Source of the DNA: Planctomycetota bacterium
Lineage (GTDB): Bacteria; Planctomycetota; UBA1135; UBA2386
DNA: 64,000 bases
Direction of reading: 5' to 3'
NCBI GenBank assembly: GCA_016235155.1
Contig: JACRLW010000025.1
Location: 2,504 to 66,503, forward strand
The translations under genes and the position numbers were made by a program. How positions within the stretch are numbered: position 1 is the first letter of the stretch; every line of letters begins with the position of its first letter. Positions 40,357-50,889 of this stretch are shown one piece after another. The notes beneath the pieces were generated by a model. The model saw only the letters and a program-made list of their open reading frames with translations. It was not told the DNA's origin and did not search any database.

Positions 40357-42654
40357 GTGCGGCTCGCCTCGTCGATCCTCTTCGCTGCCCTCGCAACGAC
40401 GTTCGCGTCGCGCGCTCAGGACCTCCGCGGCGCACCGGCGGAACTCGCGGCCTTCGTCCGGGAGCACTGCGCGCGCTGCCACGGCGAGGAGGAGACCGAG
40501 GCGGACCTCGACCTGGTGCGTCTCGTGCGCGCCGCGCCGGACGCCGCGGACGCGGCGGAACGCGCCGCAGACTGGCTGGACGTCCGCGACGTCCTTTCGG
40601 ACTGCGCGATGCCGCCCGAGGAGGAGCCGCAGCCCGAGCCCGCTGCGCGCGCGAACGCGATCGAGCAGGTCAGAACGCTGCTCGCGGCGCTGAAGACCGG
40701 TCTCGGCGACGACCCGGGCCGGGTCACGATGCGCCGACTCAGCCGCGTCGAGCTCGCGAATTCGATCCGCGACCTCTGCGGCGTCGCGATCGATCCGGGC
40801 GAGTTGCCGGCCGACGACCTCGCCTACGGCTTCGACAACGTCGGCGACGCGCTGACCCTCTCGCCGCTCCACCTCGAGAAGCTCGCCGCGATCGCCGAGC
40901 GCGTGGCCGCGACGGCGCTGCCCGAGCCCGATCCCGCGACTCCGGGGGCGCTGCGGTTCCTGGCCGATCAACTCACGAGTTCGCTCGACGGCGGCGCACG
41001 CGGCGAGAGCCTCGGGCTCTACACGAACGGCGTCGCATCGTGTCGCGCCGCACTGCCGCGCGCGGGTCGCTACCGCGTCGCGGTCACCGCGTGGGCGACC
41101 CAGGCCGGCGACGAACTCGCGCGCCTCGTGGTGCGGGCCGACGACCGCGCGGTCGATCGCTTCGAGGTCGCCGCGACGCGCCAGGAACCCGGCGTGTTCA
41201 CCGTCGAGGTCGATCTGCCGGCGGTGGTCACCCTCGGCGCCGCGTTCGTCAACGATCACTGGGACCCGCAGAATCAGGACGCCTCGCGGCGCGACCGCAA
41301 TCTCTACGTGCAGGGCATCGAGATCGCCGGCCCTCTCGACCCGCGCGAACCGACGATTGCCGAGCGCTGGCTCGCGCCCTTCGAACCGTCGCGGGGCACG
41401 CCCTTCGCCCGCGCGCGGCCGGTCGTCCGCGAGCTGCTGCGTCGCGCGTGGCGACGACCGGGGAAGGCCAAGGAGGTCGATCGCCTCGCGCGGCTCGCCG
41501 CGGACACGACGAGCTCGGGCGACACCTTCCGCGGCGGACTCCGCGCGGCGCTCGCCGCGGCGCTGGTCTCGCCGTCCTTTCTGTTCCGCGTCGAACCGCA
41601 GGCCCGACCCGCGAGCGCACCGGTCGACCTCGACGGCTGGGCTCTCGCGACGCGCTTGTCCTATTACCTGTGGAGCTCGCTGCCCGACGACGCGCTGCTC
41701 GCGCGCGCGAAGGGCGACGCGCTGCGCGATCCCGCCGCGCTGCTCGCCGAGTCGCGCCGGATGCTCCTCGACCCGCGCGCCGACGCCCTGGCGACGAACT
41801 TCGCCGCGCAGTGGCTCGAGCTGCGCAAGCTCGACAACCTCGCACCCGACCCCGACCGCTTCCCCGGCTACACGAAGGAGCTCGGCCACGCGATGCGCCG
41901 CGAGACGGAACTGCTCGTGCGCGACGTCCTGCGCACCCGTCGGCCGGTGCGCGATCTCCTGCTCGCCGATCACGCCTTCGTCGACGCGACGCTCGCGCGT
42001 CACTACGGACTCGACGACGTCGCGCCCGACGCGACGAACGGGGACTTCGTCCGCGTCGAACTGAGCGGCCGTCGCCTCGGCGGCCTCCTCGGTCAGGGCA
42101 GCATTCTCGCGATCACTTCGCATCCGACGCGCACGTCGCCGGTGCGCCGGGGTCGCTGGATCCTCGACGCGATGCTCGCCGATCCCCCGCCGCCGCCCGC
42201 GCCGGGCGCGGACAGCTTCCCGCCGCAGGCGCGACTCGACACTCCGGCCGACATGCGCGCGCAACTCGCGCGACACCGCGAGGACGCGGCCTGCGCGGTC
42301 TGCCACGACCGCATCGACCCGCTCGGTCTCGCGCTCGAGGGTTACGACCCGCTCGGCCGGACGCGCGTGGGAGACATCGACGTCGCCGGGCGCCTGCCCG
42401 ACGGCCGCAGCGTCGACGGACCGGAGATGCTGTGCCAGGTCCTCGCGCAAGGCCGTGCCTTCCCGCGCGCGGTCCTGCACAAGCTGTTCGTGTTCGCGCT
42501 CGGACGCGAGCCGCGCCCCGCCGACGCGATCGCGCTCGACGACGCGCTCGCCGCGCTGCCCGACCCACCGACGCTCGAGGATCTCGTGCTCGCCGTCCCC
42601 AAGCTCTCGGCGTTCCGTCGCCGCGGTCCCGCTTCGAACCAGGAGTCGCGATGA
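40357..42654 (+). CDS. DUF1592/DUF1588/DUF1587/DUF1595/DUF1585 protein with two CxxCH motifs and a CBM-like insert
   Basis: CARCH, RRLSRVELANSIRDL, GFDNVGDAL, LATRLSYYLWSSLPD, TSPVRRGRWI, CAVCH; AFVND...DRNLYV. Confidence 0.9.
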   Translation: MRLASSILFAALATTFASRAQDLRGAPAELAAFVREHCARCHGEEETEADLDLVRLVRAAPDAADAAERAADWLDVRDVLSDCAMPPEEEPQPEPAARANAIEQVRTLLAALKTGLGDDPGRVTMRRLSRVELANSIRDLCGVAIDPGELPADDLAYGFDNVGDALTLSPLHLEKLAAIAERVAATALPEPDPATPGALRFLADQLTSSLDGGARGESLGLYTNGVASCRAALPRAGRYRVAVTAWATQAGDELARLVVRADDRAVDRFEVAATRQEPGVFTVEVDLPAVVTLGAAFVNDHWDPQNQDASRRDRNLYVQGIEIAGPLDPREPTIAERWLAPFEPSRGTPFARARPVVRELLRRAWRRPGKAKEVDRLARLAADTTSSGDTFRGGLRAALAAALVSPSFLFRVEPQARPASAPVDLDGWALATRLSYYLWSSLPDDALLARAKGDALRDPAALLAESRRMLLDPRADALATNFAAQWLELRKLDNLAPDPDRFPGYTKELGHAMRRETELLVRDVLRTRRPVRDLLLADHAFVDATLARHYGLDDVAPDATNGDFVRVELSGRRLGGLLGQGSILAITSHPTRTSPVRRGRWILDAMLADPPPPPAPGADSFPPQARLDTPADMRAQLARHREDAACAVCHDRIDPLGLALEGYDPLGRTRVGDIDVAGRLPDGRSVDGPEMLCQVLAQGRAFPRAVLHKLFVFALGREPRPADAIALDDALAALPDPPTLEDLVLAVPKLSAFRRRGPASNQESR

Positions 42655-44006
42655 CAGGTGTTCTCGACCGTTGCGCCCTCTCCCGCCGCCGCTTCCTTCG
42701 GGGCGCGGGAGCGTGCGTCGCGCTGCCCTGGCTCGACGCGATGCAGCCCGCTCTCACGCGGAGCGAACGCCCGTCGCCGCGCGCCCTGTTCGTGTTCGCG
42801 CCCAACGGCAAGAAGCTCGACGAGTGGCGCCCGCGTGGCGAGGGTGCGTCAGCCGAACTCCCGTACCTGCTCGAGCCGCTGCGTGACGTCTGGTCCGAGC
42901 TCAGCGTGTTCTCGGGACTCGCGATCGACGGCGGCCGCGGTCACGGCGACGGACCCGGCGACCATGCGCGCGCCGCGGCGTCGTTCCTCACCTGCGCGCA
43001 TCCGAAGAAGACCGGCGGCGCGGACCTGCGCGCGGGCGTCTCGGTCGACCAGGTCCTCGCGCAGGCGATCGGCGGCGCGAGCGTCCTGCCGAGCCTCGAA
43101 CTCGGCATGGAGCCCGGCGCGGCGGCAGGCGTGTGCGACTCCGGCTACTCGTGCGCGTACTCGAACAACGTGTCCTGGCGCTCGGTCGGCACACCCGCGG
43201 CGAAGGAGACCGACCCGCGCGCGATGTTCGTGCGGCTGTTCGGCGATCCCGACGAGCAACTCGACTTCGCGGCGCGGTCGCGCGCCCGCCGGCGCACGCG
43301 CAGCATCCTCGAAGCAGCGCTGGCCGACGCGCGCGACCTCGAGCGTGAGCTCGGCCCCGGCGACCGCGGCAAGCTCGCCGAGTACCTCGACGCGGTGCGC
43401 GACGTCGAGACGCGCATCGAACGGCTCGAGAGCGAGTCCGCCGCGGCGACTGCGGACCGCGTCGATCCCGCCTTCCTCGTCGACGCGGTCGGCGACGGAT
43501 TCCGCGGTCGCTTGCGGATCGTCTACGAACTCGTCGCGCTCGCGATGCAGACCGGACGCACGCGCGTGATCACCCTCATGCTCGGCAACGCCGGCAGCGA
43601 CCGCAGCTACCGCTTTCTCGGCGTTCCCGACGGACACCATTCCATCTCGCACCACGGCAAGGACCCGAACAAGCTCGCCGCGATCCGGAAGATCAACCGC
43701 TTCCACGTCGAGGAGTTCGCGCGCTTCCTGTCGCGCTTGCAGTCGACGACGGAGCAGGACGGCGACCTGCTGCGCCACGCCGCGATCGTCTACGGCTGCG
43801 GCATCGGCGACGGCGACCGTCACAACCACGACGACCTGCCGATGCTGCTCGCCGGTCGAGCCGCCGGGGCGCTGACACCGCGCGGCCACGTGCGCTTCGC
43901 GACGGAGACGCCGGCCGCGAACCTCTACCTCACGATCCTGCGGGCGCTCGGCGTCGAACACGCTGCCTTCGCGGACAGCACGGGCACGCTGGGCGAGATC
44001 GCGTGA
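42651..44006 (+). CDS. DUF1552 (HXXSHH) family protein, Tat-exported
   Basis: LSRRRFLRG, ALPWLDAM, CDSGYSCAYSNNVSW, HHSISHH, HNHDDLP. Confidence 0.93.
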   Translation: MTGVLDRCALSRRRFLRGAGACVALPWLDAMQPALTRSERPSPRALFVFAPNGKKLDEWRPRGEGASAELPYLLEPLRDVWSELSVFSGLAIDGGRGHGDGPGDHARAAASFLTCAHPKKTGGADLRAGVSVDQVLAQAIGGASVLPSLELGMEPGAAAGVCDSGYSCAYSNNVSWRSVGTPAAKETDPRAMFVRLFGDPDEQLDFAARSRARRRTRSILEAALADARDLERELGPGDRGKLAEYLDAVRDVETRIERLESESAAATADRVDPAFLVDAVGDGFRGRLRIVYELVALAMQTGRTRVITLMLGNAGSDRSYRFLGVPDGHHSISHHGKDPNKLAAIRKINRFHVEEFARFLSRLQSTTEQDGDLLRHAAIVYGCGIGDGDRHNHDDLPMLLAGRAAGALTPRGHVRFATETPAANLYLTILRALGVEHAAFADSTGTLGEIA

Positions 44007-44019
44007 CGCACCGGCGCCG

Positions 44020-44700
44020 ATGAGCACGATCGCGATCCTGGTCGGTCCCCTCGCCGGGTACTTCGGGGACGGCGTGCGCGCCGCGGCGCGCGAGAACGGT
44101 GAGGCCCCGCCCGACGACGACGCGCTGCGCGCGAGCGTCGTCGCCTGGCGCGAGTGGATCAGCGAGGGGCTCGAACGCGAAGGACTCCTGCTGCGCCCGC
44201 TCGTCTGGGACGAGAGCACGCCGCCCGATCCCGGCCACGCGCTCCTGCTCCCTGCGCTGCAGGCGCTCAAGCTCTTCCTCTCTCACGGCGGTTCGGCGTC
44301 GTGTCCCCCCGAACTCCCTCCCGACCCCGAACTCGATCCGGCCTGGGTGGCCCTGGCGGAATCCGACTTCGCCGACACGTCCTACGACCAGCTCCTCGTT
44401 CCCGAGTTGTGGTTGCCGGCCGCGTTCGACTTCACGTTCGCGTGTCCGTTGCCCGACGGCCACGAAGTGCAAGCCGGTTCCGTCGACGCCCTGCTCGCCC
44501 AGTGCGCGGCGTTGCGCGAACGCTTGTTCGCGGCGACGCCGATCGACGCGGCGATGTGGGCGGAGGCGCCGCCGTCGGGTGCCGGGGTGCGCGCCCTTGC
44601 ACGGCACGCGGCAGGTCGCATCGAGCGTGCCGCGTCGAGCGCGGCGGCGTCACGCGTGCCGATGCTCCTGTGCGCGGCGCCGATCAGCCGGCTTTCTTGA
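44020..44700 (+). CDS. Hypothetical protein
   Basis: ORF with normal codon usage; ELWLPAAFDFTF...GSVDALL. Confidence 0.65.
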   Translation: MSTIAILVGPLAGYFGDGVRAAARENGEAPPDDDALRASVVAWREWISEGLEREGLLLRPLVWDESTPPDPGHALLLPALQALKLFLSHGGSASCPPELPPDPELDPAWVALAESDFADTSYDQLLVPELWLPAAFDFTFACPLPDGHEVQAGSVDALLAQCAALRERLFAATPIDAAMWAEAPPSGAGVRALARHAAGRIERAASSAAASRVPMLLCAAPISRLS

Positions 44701-45718
44701 AGCTCGCGCGCCGAGCGCGAAGCGCGTCGATCCGCTCCTGTAGCGACTTCACCTCGCTCTCGAGCGTCTCGATCTCCTCGTCGAGGTTGGCGGGACTCTC
44801 GGGGACGCGGGTCACCGCAAAGCCCTGCTCGCGCAGCAGCTTGACCAGGCCGGTGTTGCCGAACGCGTGCGCGGCGCCGACGGCGAAGAACCAGCAACGT
44901 TGCGGTTGCTCGCGCAGCTTCACCGCGATGCGGTCCGCCATGCGGTGGTTGCGATCGTGGAGCAAGGCCTTCTCGATGCGCTTGCTCAGCTCGCTGTCGT
45001 CGTCGGCCTCGTTCATCAGCGCCTCGAGCTGCGCACCGGAGCCGTCTACGTACGACTTGATCAACTCCTCGTAGAGGTCGCGGCCCTTCGCCTTGAAGTC
45101 CTCCACCTGGTCGATCGCCTTGCGCAGCATCTCGCCCTGCTCGAGGTCGGTCAGGCCGTCGAAGACGCCCATCTGCTCCTCGATCGTCTCGAGTCCGCCG
45201 ACCTCCTTGTCGTCGTCCTCTGCGCGCTGGTAGAGCTGCAGGTCGAGCGCCTTGCCCATGGCGATCTCCGTGAGGTGGTCGAACAACGCGACCTGCGACG
45301 CGATGACCCACGGCTTCATCCGCTCCATCGGCGCGAGCGGCATCTCGCGCGCGGCGAAGAAGGCCTCGAGCTTCGCATGCACCTCTTCGGGAAGGACCGT
45401 CTTCAGCGTCTTGCCGCGCGGCAGCATCATCCCCTTGGTCGCGGCACTGAGCAGTTTCATGTCCATCGCGAGCTCGGTGTAGAGCGCGTCGCAGCGCTCG
45501 ATCGCGGCCTCGACCTCGGCGTGCAGCGTGGTCACCCGCTCGTCGGGCAGGTGGATCGTGCCGAACAGGAACGACGGGGTCTCGCCGTCGATCCGCCACA
45601 GGAAGGGTCGCTCGGGGGGCTTGGGCTCGACGTCCTGTGCGCGCGGGGGAATGACGAGCAGCGCGAGCGCGGCGATCGTCGTTGCGATGAGCTGGGCGAA
45701 GCGTGAGGAGCGGTTCAT
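44684..45718 (-). CDS. TraB/GumN (Tiki-like) family protein with C-terminal coiled coil
   Basis: FLWRI...SFLFGTIHL, GLETIEEQ, DRNHRMA, FAVGAAH. Confidence 0.9.
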   Translation of the reverse strand: MNRSSRFAQLIATTIAALALLVIPPRAQDVEPKPPERPFLWRIDGETPSFLFGTIHLPDERVTTLHAEVEAAIERCDALYTELAMDMKLLSAATKGMMLPRGKTLKTVLPEEVHAKLEAFFAAREMPLAPMERMKPWVIASQVALFDHLTEIAMGKALDLQLYQRAEDDDKEVGGLETIEEQMGVFDGLTDLEQGEMLRKAIDQVEDFKAKGRDLYEELIKSYVDGSGAQLEALMNEADDDSELSKRIEKALLHDRNHRMADRIAVKLREQPQRCWFFAVGAAHAFGNTGLVKLLREQGFAVTRVPESPANLDEEIETLESEVKSLQERIDALRARRASFKKAG

Positions 45719-45790
45719 GGCGGATGTGGGCGCGGACCCTACGCGCCTGCGAGCGTGCGCGCGAGGGCACCGCTATCCTCCGCCGCGCGG

Positions 45791-47437
45791 ATGACCGGCC
45801 AACCCAGCGACGACGCGACGACGCGTGGTGATCTCACGCTGGGCCCGAAGGCCGGAGAATCGTCGCGGGACGCGACGATTCGGGAGGCCGGAGGGCCCCA
45901 GCAAGAAGAGCGGGCGAGGCCGTCTTGGTCGTCGCGTCAGCGACGACGCATGCAACCCGGATGGGTTGCGGCCTCGGCCGCGATGGATTGGCAAGGAGCG
46001 CCGCACGCGTTGGCGCCCCTGTCGAAGCTGCGCCTTGGAAAGGACCTGGGCGTCCTGCGCTGGATCTTCGAGTTCGGCCGACATGCCGTCTTCCGCCTGC
46101 TGGACGGGATCGCTCGCGCGGCGCTGGCGATGCTCGGTTCGGGTGCTTCGCCGCGGCCGCCGGGCAAGGAGCCGCGTGCCGGCGGGCCGATCGCCTTCGT
46201 GCTCCCGGTGCTCCCCGATCTCTCGCACACCTTCGTCTACCGCGAAGTCGAGGCGATCCTCGCCCTCGCTCCCGACGCGCTCGTCGTCGTCCTCGAGCAC
46301 GGGACGACGCGCGTCGTGCATCCCGAGGCGGCACGCCTCCTGCCGCGCGCGCGCTACGTGCCGGCGCGCGGCGTGGTCGCGCGCGCGTGCGGGTTGTTCG
46401 TCCGGTTCGCGACGTCGCCACGCCGCGTGCGCGCGCTCGCCGCGCTCTATCGCGACGGACCCGGCGGCGCCGCCGCGGCCCTGCTCGGCAAGCTGCCCCT
46501 GCGCGAGGCCCGCCATCCCGGCCGCGCCTTCGAACTCGCCGCGCTGCTCGCCCCGTTGAGGCCCGCGCAGATCCACGTCTACGGGTCCACCTGGTCCGCG
46601 AACGTCGCACTCGGCGCCGCCGTCCTGCTCGACGTGCCGCTGAGCATCTCGAGCTACGTCGACTTCGAGTTCGACTACGCGCACAAGCTGCTCGCGACCA
46701 AGTTCGAACACGCCCGCTTCTTCCGCGTCTGCACGCGCGACTGCCGCAGGCGCCTCGCACGGATGCTCGCGCGCGAGGACCTCGCGACAAACGACATCCG
46801 CGTGCCGATCCTGCACTGGGGCATCGACGCGGCGCGCCTGCGCGCACGATCGCCGGCGCCGCCGCCTCGTCTCGCGCGCGAGAACCTCCGCTTGATCAGT
46901 GCTTGCCGCGTCGTGCGGAAGAAGGGCCTCCACCTCGTCCCGCCGCTGCTCGCCGCGCTCGTGCGCGACGGAATCGACGCGCGCTGGACGCTCGCCGGCG
47001 ACGGTCCCGAACTCGCGCGCGTGAAGTCGCTCGCCCACGAGCACGGCGTCGAAGCGCGCTGCACGTTTGCAGGCCCGTTGCCCAACGACGCGCTTCTCGC
47101 AGCCATCGAGTCGAACGACATCGCGCTGCTCCCCTGCGTCGAGACCGACGACGGCGAACGCGACGGCATCCCCGTCTTTCTGATCGAGGCGATGGCGCTC
47201 GGCCGCTGCGTCGTGAGCACCTGCGTCTCGGGCATTCCCGAGCTGATCGAGGACGGCGCGAACGGCTGGCTCGCGTCCGCCGAGCCCGGCGCTCTCGCCG
47301 CGCGCATCGGCTCGATCCTCGCCGACCCCGTCGCCGCGCGCGCGATCGCCGAACACGGACGCGATTCCGCGCTCGCGACGGAGGACAGCGCGGCGAGCGC
47401 TGCGGCCCTGCTCACGCGCCTGCGTGCCGCGCCATGA
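45791..47437 (+). CDS. Glycosyltransferase family 4 (WcaL-like) with N-terminal extension
   Basis: SHTFVYREV, RVVRKKG, DGERDGIPVFLIEAMALG, SGIPELI; start uncertain. Confidence 0.88.
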   Translation: MTGQPSDDATTRGDLTLGPKAGESSRDATIREAGGPQQEERARPSWSSRQRRRMQPGWVAASAAMDWQGAPHALAPLSKLRLGKDLGVLRWIFEFGRHAVFRLLDGIARAALAMLGSGASPRPPGKEPRAGGPIAFVLPVLPDLSHTFVYREVEAILALAPDALVVVLEHGTTRVVHPEAARLLPRARYVPARGVVARACGLFVRFATSPRRVRALAALYRDGPGGAAAALLGKLPLREARHPGRAFELAALLAPLRPAQIHVYGSTWSANVALGAAVLLDVPLSISSYVDFEFDYAHKLLATKFEHARFFRVCTRDCRRRLARMLAREDLATNDIRVPILHWGIDAARLRARSPAPPPRLARENLRLISACRVVRKKGLHLVPPLLAALVRDGIDARWTLAGDGPELARVKSLAHEHGVEARCTFAGPLPNDALLAAIESNDIALLPCVETDDGERDGIPVFLIEAMALGRCVVSTCVSGIPELIEDGANGWLASAEPGALAARIGSILADPVAARAIAEHGRDSALATEDSAASAAALLTRLRAAP

Positions 47438-48744
47438 AACTCGTCTTCGTCATCCACCAGTACTTCCCCCAGTGCCACTCCGGCACCGAGCAGTACTGCC
47501 GTGCGGTCGCGCGCGAGGCGACGCGGCGCGGTCACGAGGTGACCATCCTCGCGCTCGATCCGTGGGTCTGGCGCGACGACCCGCCGCTCTGGCTGCGCGA
47601 CGAACCCTACGAGGGACTGAGCACTCTGCGCCTGCGGCACTGGGAGGGGCTGTCCGCGAACGACGTGCTCCTCGACGGCCACAACCCGATCGTCGCGCAC
47701 AAGGTCGCGGACGTGCTCGCGGACGTGCGCCCCGACGCGGTGCACGTGTTCCACCTGCGACGGCTCGGCGCGGACCTGATCGACGCGGCGCGCGCTCATG
47801 CGAGGCGCGTGGTGGTGAGCCTCACCGACTTCTGGTTCCTCTGCCCGCGCTTCACGCTGCAGAAGCGCGACGGTTCGCTCTGCGAGGGTCCGCCCGACGG
47901 CGGGCTCGGTTGCCTCCGCTGCGAGTTCGAGGACCTGGCACCGATGGCCGACGACCCGGCGATCGCGGGAGCGCTGCGCGCCGTCGCTGCGGGCGTCGAT
48001 CACAGCCCACATCGACGCGATCCCGCCGCGCGCGCGATCGCGGTGTTGCGTCGCAAGAACGAACTGCTCGCGCGCCTCCTGCGCGCACACGCCGTGATCG
48101 CTCCGTCGCGCTTCCTCGCCGCGATGTTCCAGAAGAACGGCTTCCCCGCCGAGCGCCTGCAGGTCCTCCCCTACGGCCTCGAACCCGGCCGCGTGCAGCG
48201 CTTGCCCGTCACGCGCCCGCGCCGTCCCTTGTCCGTCGGCTTCGCCGGCGTGCTCTCGCCGTGGAAGGCGCCGCACGTGCTCGTGCGCGCCGCGCTGCGC
48301 GTGCGCGGTGAGTTGCGCGTCGCGATCCACGGCCGCACCGAGGAGGGCATGTTCCAGGCCTACATCGACGCGATGCGGCGCGACGCCGCCTCCGATCCGC
48401 GCATCAGCTTCCCCGGCGCCTTCGACCAGACGCGCGTGAGCGAAGTGATGGCCGGGCTCGACCTGCTGGTCGTGCCCTCGCTCTGGTACGAGAACACGCC
48501 CTTCGTCGTGCTCGAGGCCTTCGCGGCCGGCGTGCCCGTCGCGGTCTCCGCGCTCGGCGGCCTGACCGAGGTCGTCGATCCCGGAGTCAACGGTTTCACG
48601 TTCCCGGCCGGCGACGTCGATGCGCTCGCCGCCTTGCTGCAGCGCCTCGTCGACGACGCGTCGCCGCTCGCGGGCCTGCACCCCACGACCGTGAGTTCGA
48701 TCGCGAGCAACGTCGAGGTCTTCGAGCCGCTGTGGCGGGGCTGA
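47434..48744 (+). CDS. Glycosyltransferase family 4
   Basis: HQYFPQCHSGTE, TDFWFLCPR, PSLWYENTPFVVLEA. Confidence 0.92.
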   Translation: MKLVFVIHQYFPQCHSGTEQYCRAVAREATRRGHEVTILALDPWVWRDDPPLWLRDEPYEGLSTLRLRHWEGLSANDVLLDGHNPIVAHKVADVLADVRPDAVHVFHLRRLGADLIDAARAHARRVVVSLTDFWFLCPRFTLQKRDGSLCEGPPDGGLGCLRCEFEDLAPMADDPAIAGALRAVAAGVDHSPHRRDPAARAIAVLRRKNELLARLLRAHAVIAPSRFLAAMFQKNGFPAERLQVLPYGLEPGRVQRLPVTRPRRPLSVGFAGVLSPWKAPHVLVRAALRVRGELRVAIHGRTEEGMFQAYIDAMRRDAASDPRISFPGAFDQTRVSEVMAGLDLLVVPSLWYENTPFVVLEAFAAGVPVAVSALGGLTEVVDPGVNGFTFPAGDVDALAALLQRLVDDASPLAGLHPTTVSSIASNVEVFEPLWRG

Positions 48745-48749
48745 AGGCG

Positions 48750-49346
48750 TCAGCGCGACCCGACTTCGATCACAGCCCCCGCCGCGACGAACTCGCTCTC
48801 GGGTTCGCCGGCCGCGGTCGCCCGCACGACCGTGACGCCGCCGGCTCCGAGGACGCGACCGCCGATCATCACGCGGCTCTGGATCGCGGCGCCCGCCGAG
48901 GTCCCGCCGACGGCGCCGCCGCGGGCGAGCAGTGCCTTGATCTCCGTCTCGACGCGCGTGCCGGCGTAGACCTCGGCGAGGCGCTTCTGGTCGCCGCCGC
49001 CGAACCAGACCGCGGTGGCGGAACGCAGGGGCGCGACGAAGTCCGCCGCGTCGGCCTCCGCGCGATCACGCGAATGGAGAACGACGACCTCGGCGACGCC
49101 CCGCTCGCGCCAGCGCGCGACCTGGCGCTCGAGCGCCTCGGGCTCCTCCGCCGTGCGGCTCGCGCCGGGGATCAGCACGAGTCTTGCGTCCCCGCCTCCG
49201 GCGTCCCGCACGAACTCGGCGAGCAACTCGGGCGCGAGCGTGCCTCCGCCGCAGACCCACAACACGCCGGGTCGCGGATCCGGACTGCTCGCCGGCGGCG
49301 ACGCGCACCCGAAAAGAAGCAACAAGGCGACGAGGGGCCTTCGCAT
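48750..49346 (-). pseudogene. Cyanophycinase/peptidase S51-like gene with an apparent in-frame internal deletion
   Basis: Lipobox LFGC; VCGGG, IPGAS, VWFGGGDQ, GGTSAGAA present; DxHF and GIDE segments missing (MIGG joined directly to RVLG). Confidence 0.65.
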
Positions 49347-49460
49347 GGCGATCTCCGGGATCGTGCTCACGGGGTCTCGAACCAGGCCGCGCACAGTAGC
49401 GAGCTCCAAGCGCGGGAGGCTCGCCGCCCGTTCTTCGTTTCGCGACACTCCGCTCCAGCG

Positions 49461-50876
49461 ATGACCGCCCACCGATCCGTCCCCCTCGCGATCTGCCTCG
49501 CCCTCGGCGCTCCGCTCACAGCGCAGGGCCTCAAGCCGCCGACGCTCCTCGAGAACGCACCGGCCGAGGCCGACGAGCTCGACATCCGCACGACTCCGGT
49601 CGTGCGCGCCGTGCAACGCGCCGCGGACTCCGTCGTGAGCATCTACGTGCTCGACGCCAACGCGCCGCGCGACGACCAGGCGGTCGAGGGTCAAGGTTCG
49701 GGCGTGATCGTCGACGAGTCCGGCCTCGCGATCACCAACTGGCACGTCATCGGTCCGGTCGTCCTGCAACCCGGCCGTCACCGCGTGCAGGTGAGGCTCC
49801 GCGACGAGCGCCGCTTTGCCGCGGCGGTGTTGAGCAGTTCCGCCGAGCATGACCTGGCACTGCTCCAACTCGAACTCGGCGGCCAGAAGGTGAAGCCCGT
49901 CACCGCGGGACGCTCCGAGGGCCTGATGATCGGCGAGACGGTGGTCGCGATCGGCAACCCCGAGGGTCAGGCCAACACGGTGACCACGGGCGTGCTCTCG
50001 GCGATCGACCGCTTCATCTCCGTGCGCGCACCCGACGGCCAGGTGCGCCGCTACACGGGACTGCTGCAGACCGACGCGGCGATCAACCGCGGCAACAGCG
50101 GCGGTGCCCTCCTCGACATCACCGGCAAGCTGGTCGGCATCAACAACGCGATGGCGGTCGGCGTCGAGAACATCGGCTTCGCCATCCCGGTCGACACCGT
50201 CAAGCGCGTGTTCCAGGACGTGCTGTTGAGCGCCGACAACCTCGCGAGCGTGTGGCTCGGCGCGCGCGTCGAGGACGTGAACGGCGTCGCCGTGATCACC
50301 GCGGTCGCGCCGGCGAGCCCCGCCGACCGCGCCGGTCTGCGGCGCGGCGATCGTCTGAGCAAGGTGCGCGGGCAGGACGTCCGCAGCGCCCTCGACTACG
50401 CGCGCGCCCTCGCCAGCGTGCGGCCGGGGCAGGACGTGTCGTTGAGCGTGACTCGCGACGGCGAACGCGCGCTCGAACTCAGCGCCCGTGCGATGAGCAA
50501 CGCCGAGCGCGAGATCCTCGCGCGCACCGGCCTCGAACTCGAGACGGTCGACGAAGCGACCGACAAGGAGATCGTCCGCAAGGCGACGCTGCTCTTCTAC
50601 CAGGGTGCACGCCGCGGCCGCGTGCCGAGCCTCGGCACCGTGTTGCGCGTGCGCGAGGCGCACCAGGACAGCCCGGCGCAGGACCTCGGCTTCCAATCCG
50701 GCGACGTGATCGTCGCGGCGCGCGTGCCCGACTACTTCGGCTCGCGCAACGTCGCGCTGCGCAGCCTCGAGGAGTTCGCCGACGCCTCGCGCCAACTCGC
50801 CGGCAGCCGCTTGTTCCTCGTCGTCATGCGCGACGGCGAAGCGCTCGAGGGCGAGCTCGACGTCAAGCGGCTCTGA
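49461..50876 (+). CDS. HtrA/DegQ-like serine protease with two PDZ domains
   Basis: GSGVIVD, ITNWHVI, HDLALL, QTDAAINRGNSGG. Confidence 0.94.
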   Translation: MTAHRSVPLAICLALGAPLTAQGLKPPTLLENAPAEADELDIRTTPVVRAVQRAADSVVSIYVLDANAPRDDQAVEGQGSGVIVDESGLAITNWHVIGPVVLQPGRHRVQVRLRDERRFAAAVLSSSAEHDLALLQLELGGQKVKPVTAGRSEGLMIGETVVAIGNPEGQANTVTTGVLSAIDRFISVRAPDGQVRRYTGLLQTDAAINRGNSGGALLDITGKLVGINNAMAVGVENIGFAIPVDTVKRVFQDVLLSADNLASVWLGARVEDVNGVAVITAVAPASPADRAGLRRGDRLSKVRGQDVRSALDYARALASVRPGQDVSLSVTRDGERALELSARAMSNAEREILARTGLELETVDEATDKEIVRKATLLFYQGARRGRVPSLGTVLRVREAHQDSPAQDLGFQSGDVIVAARVPDYFGSRNVALRSLEEFADASRQLAGSRLFLVVMRDGEALEGELDVKRL

Positions 50877-50889
50877 GTCGCCGACTCGT

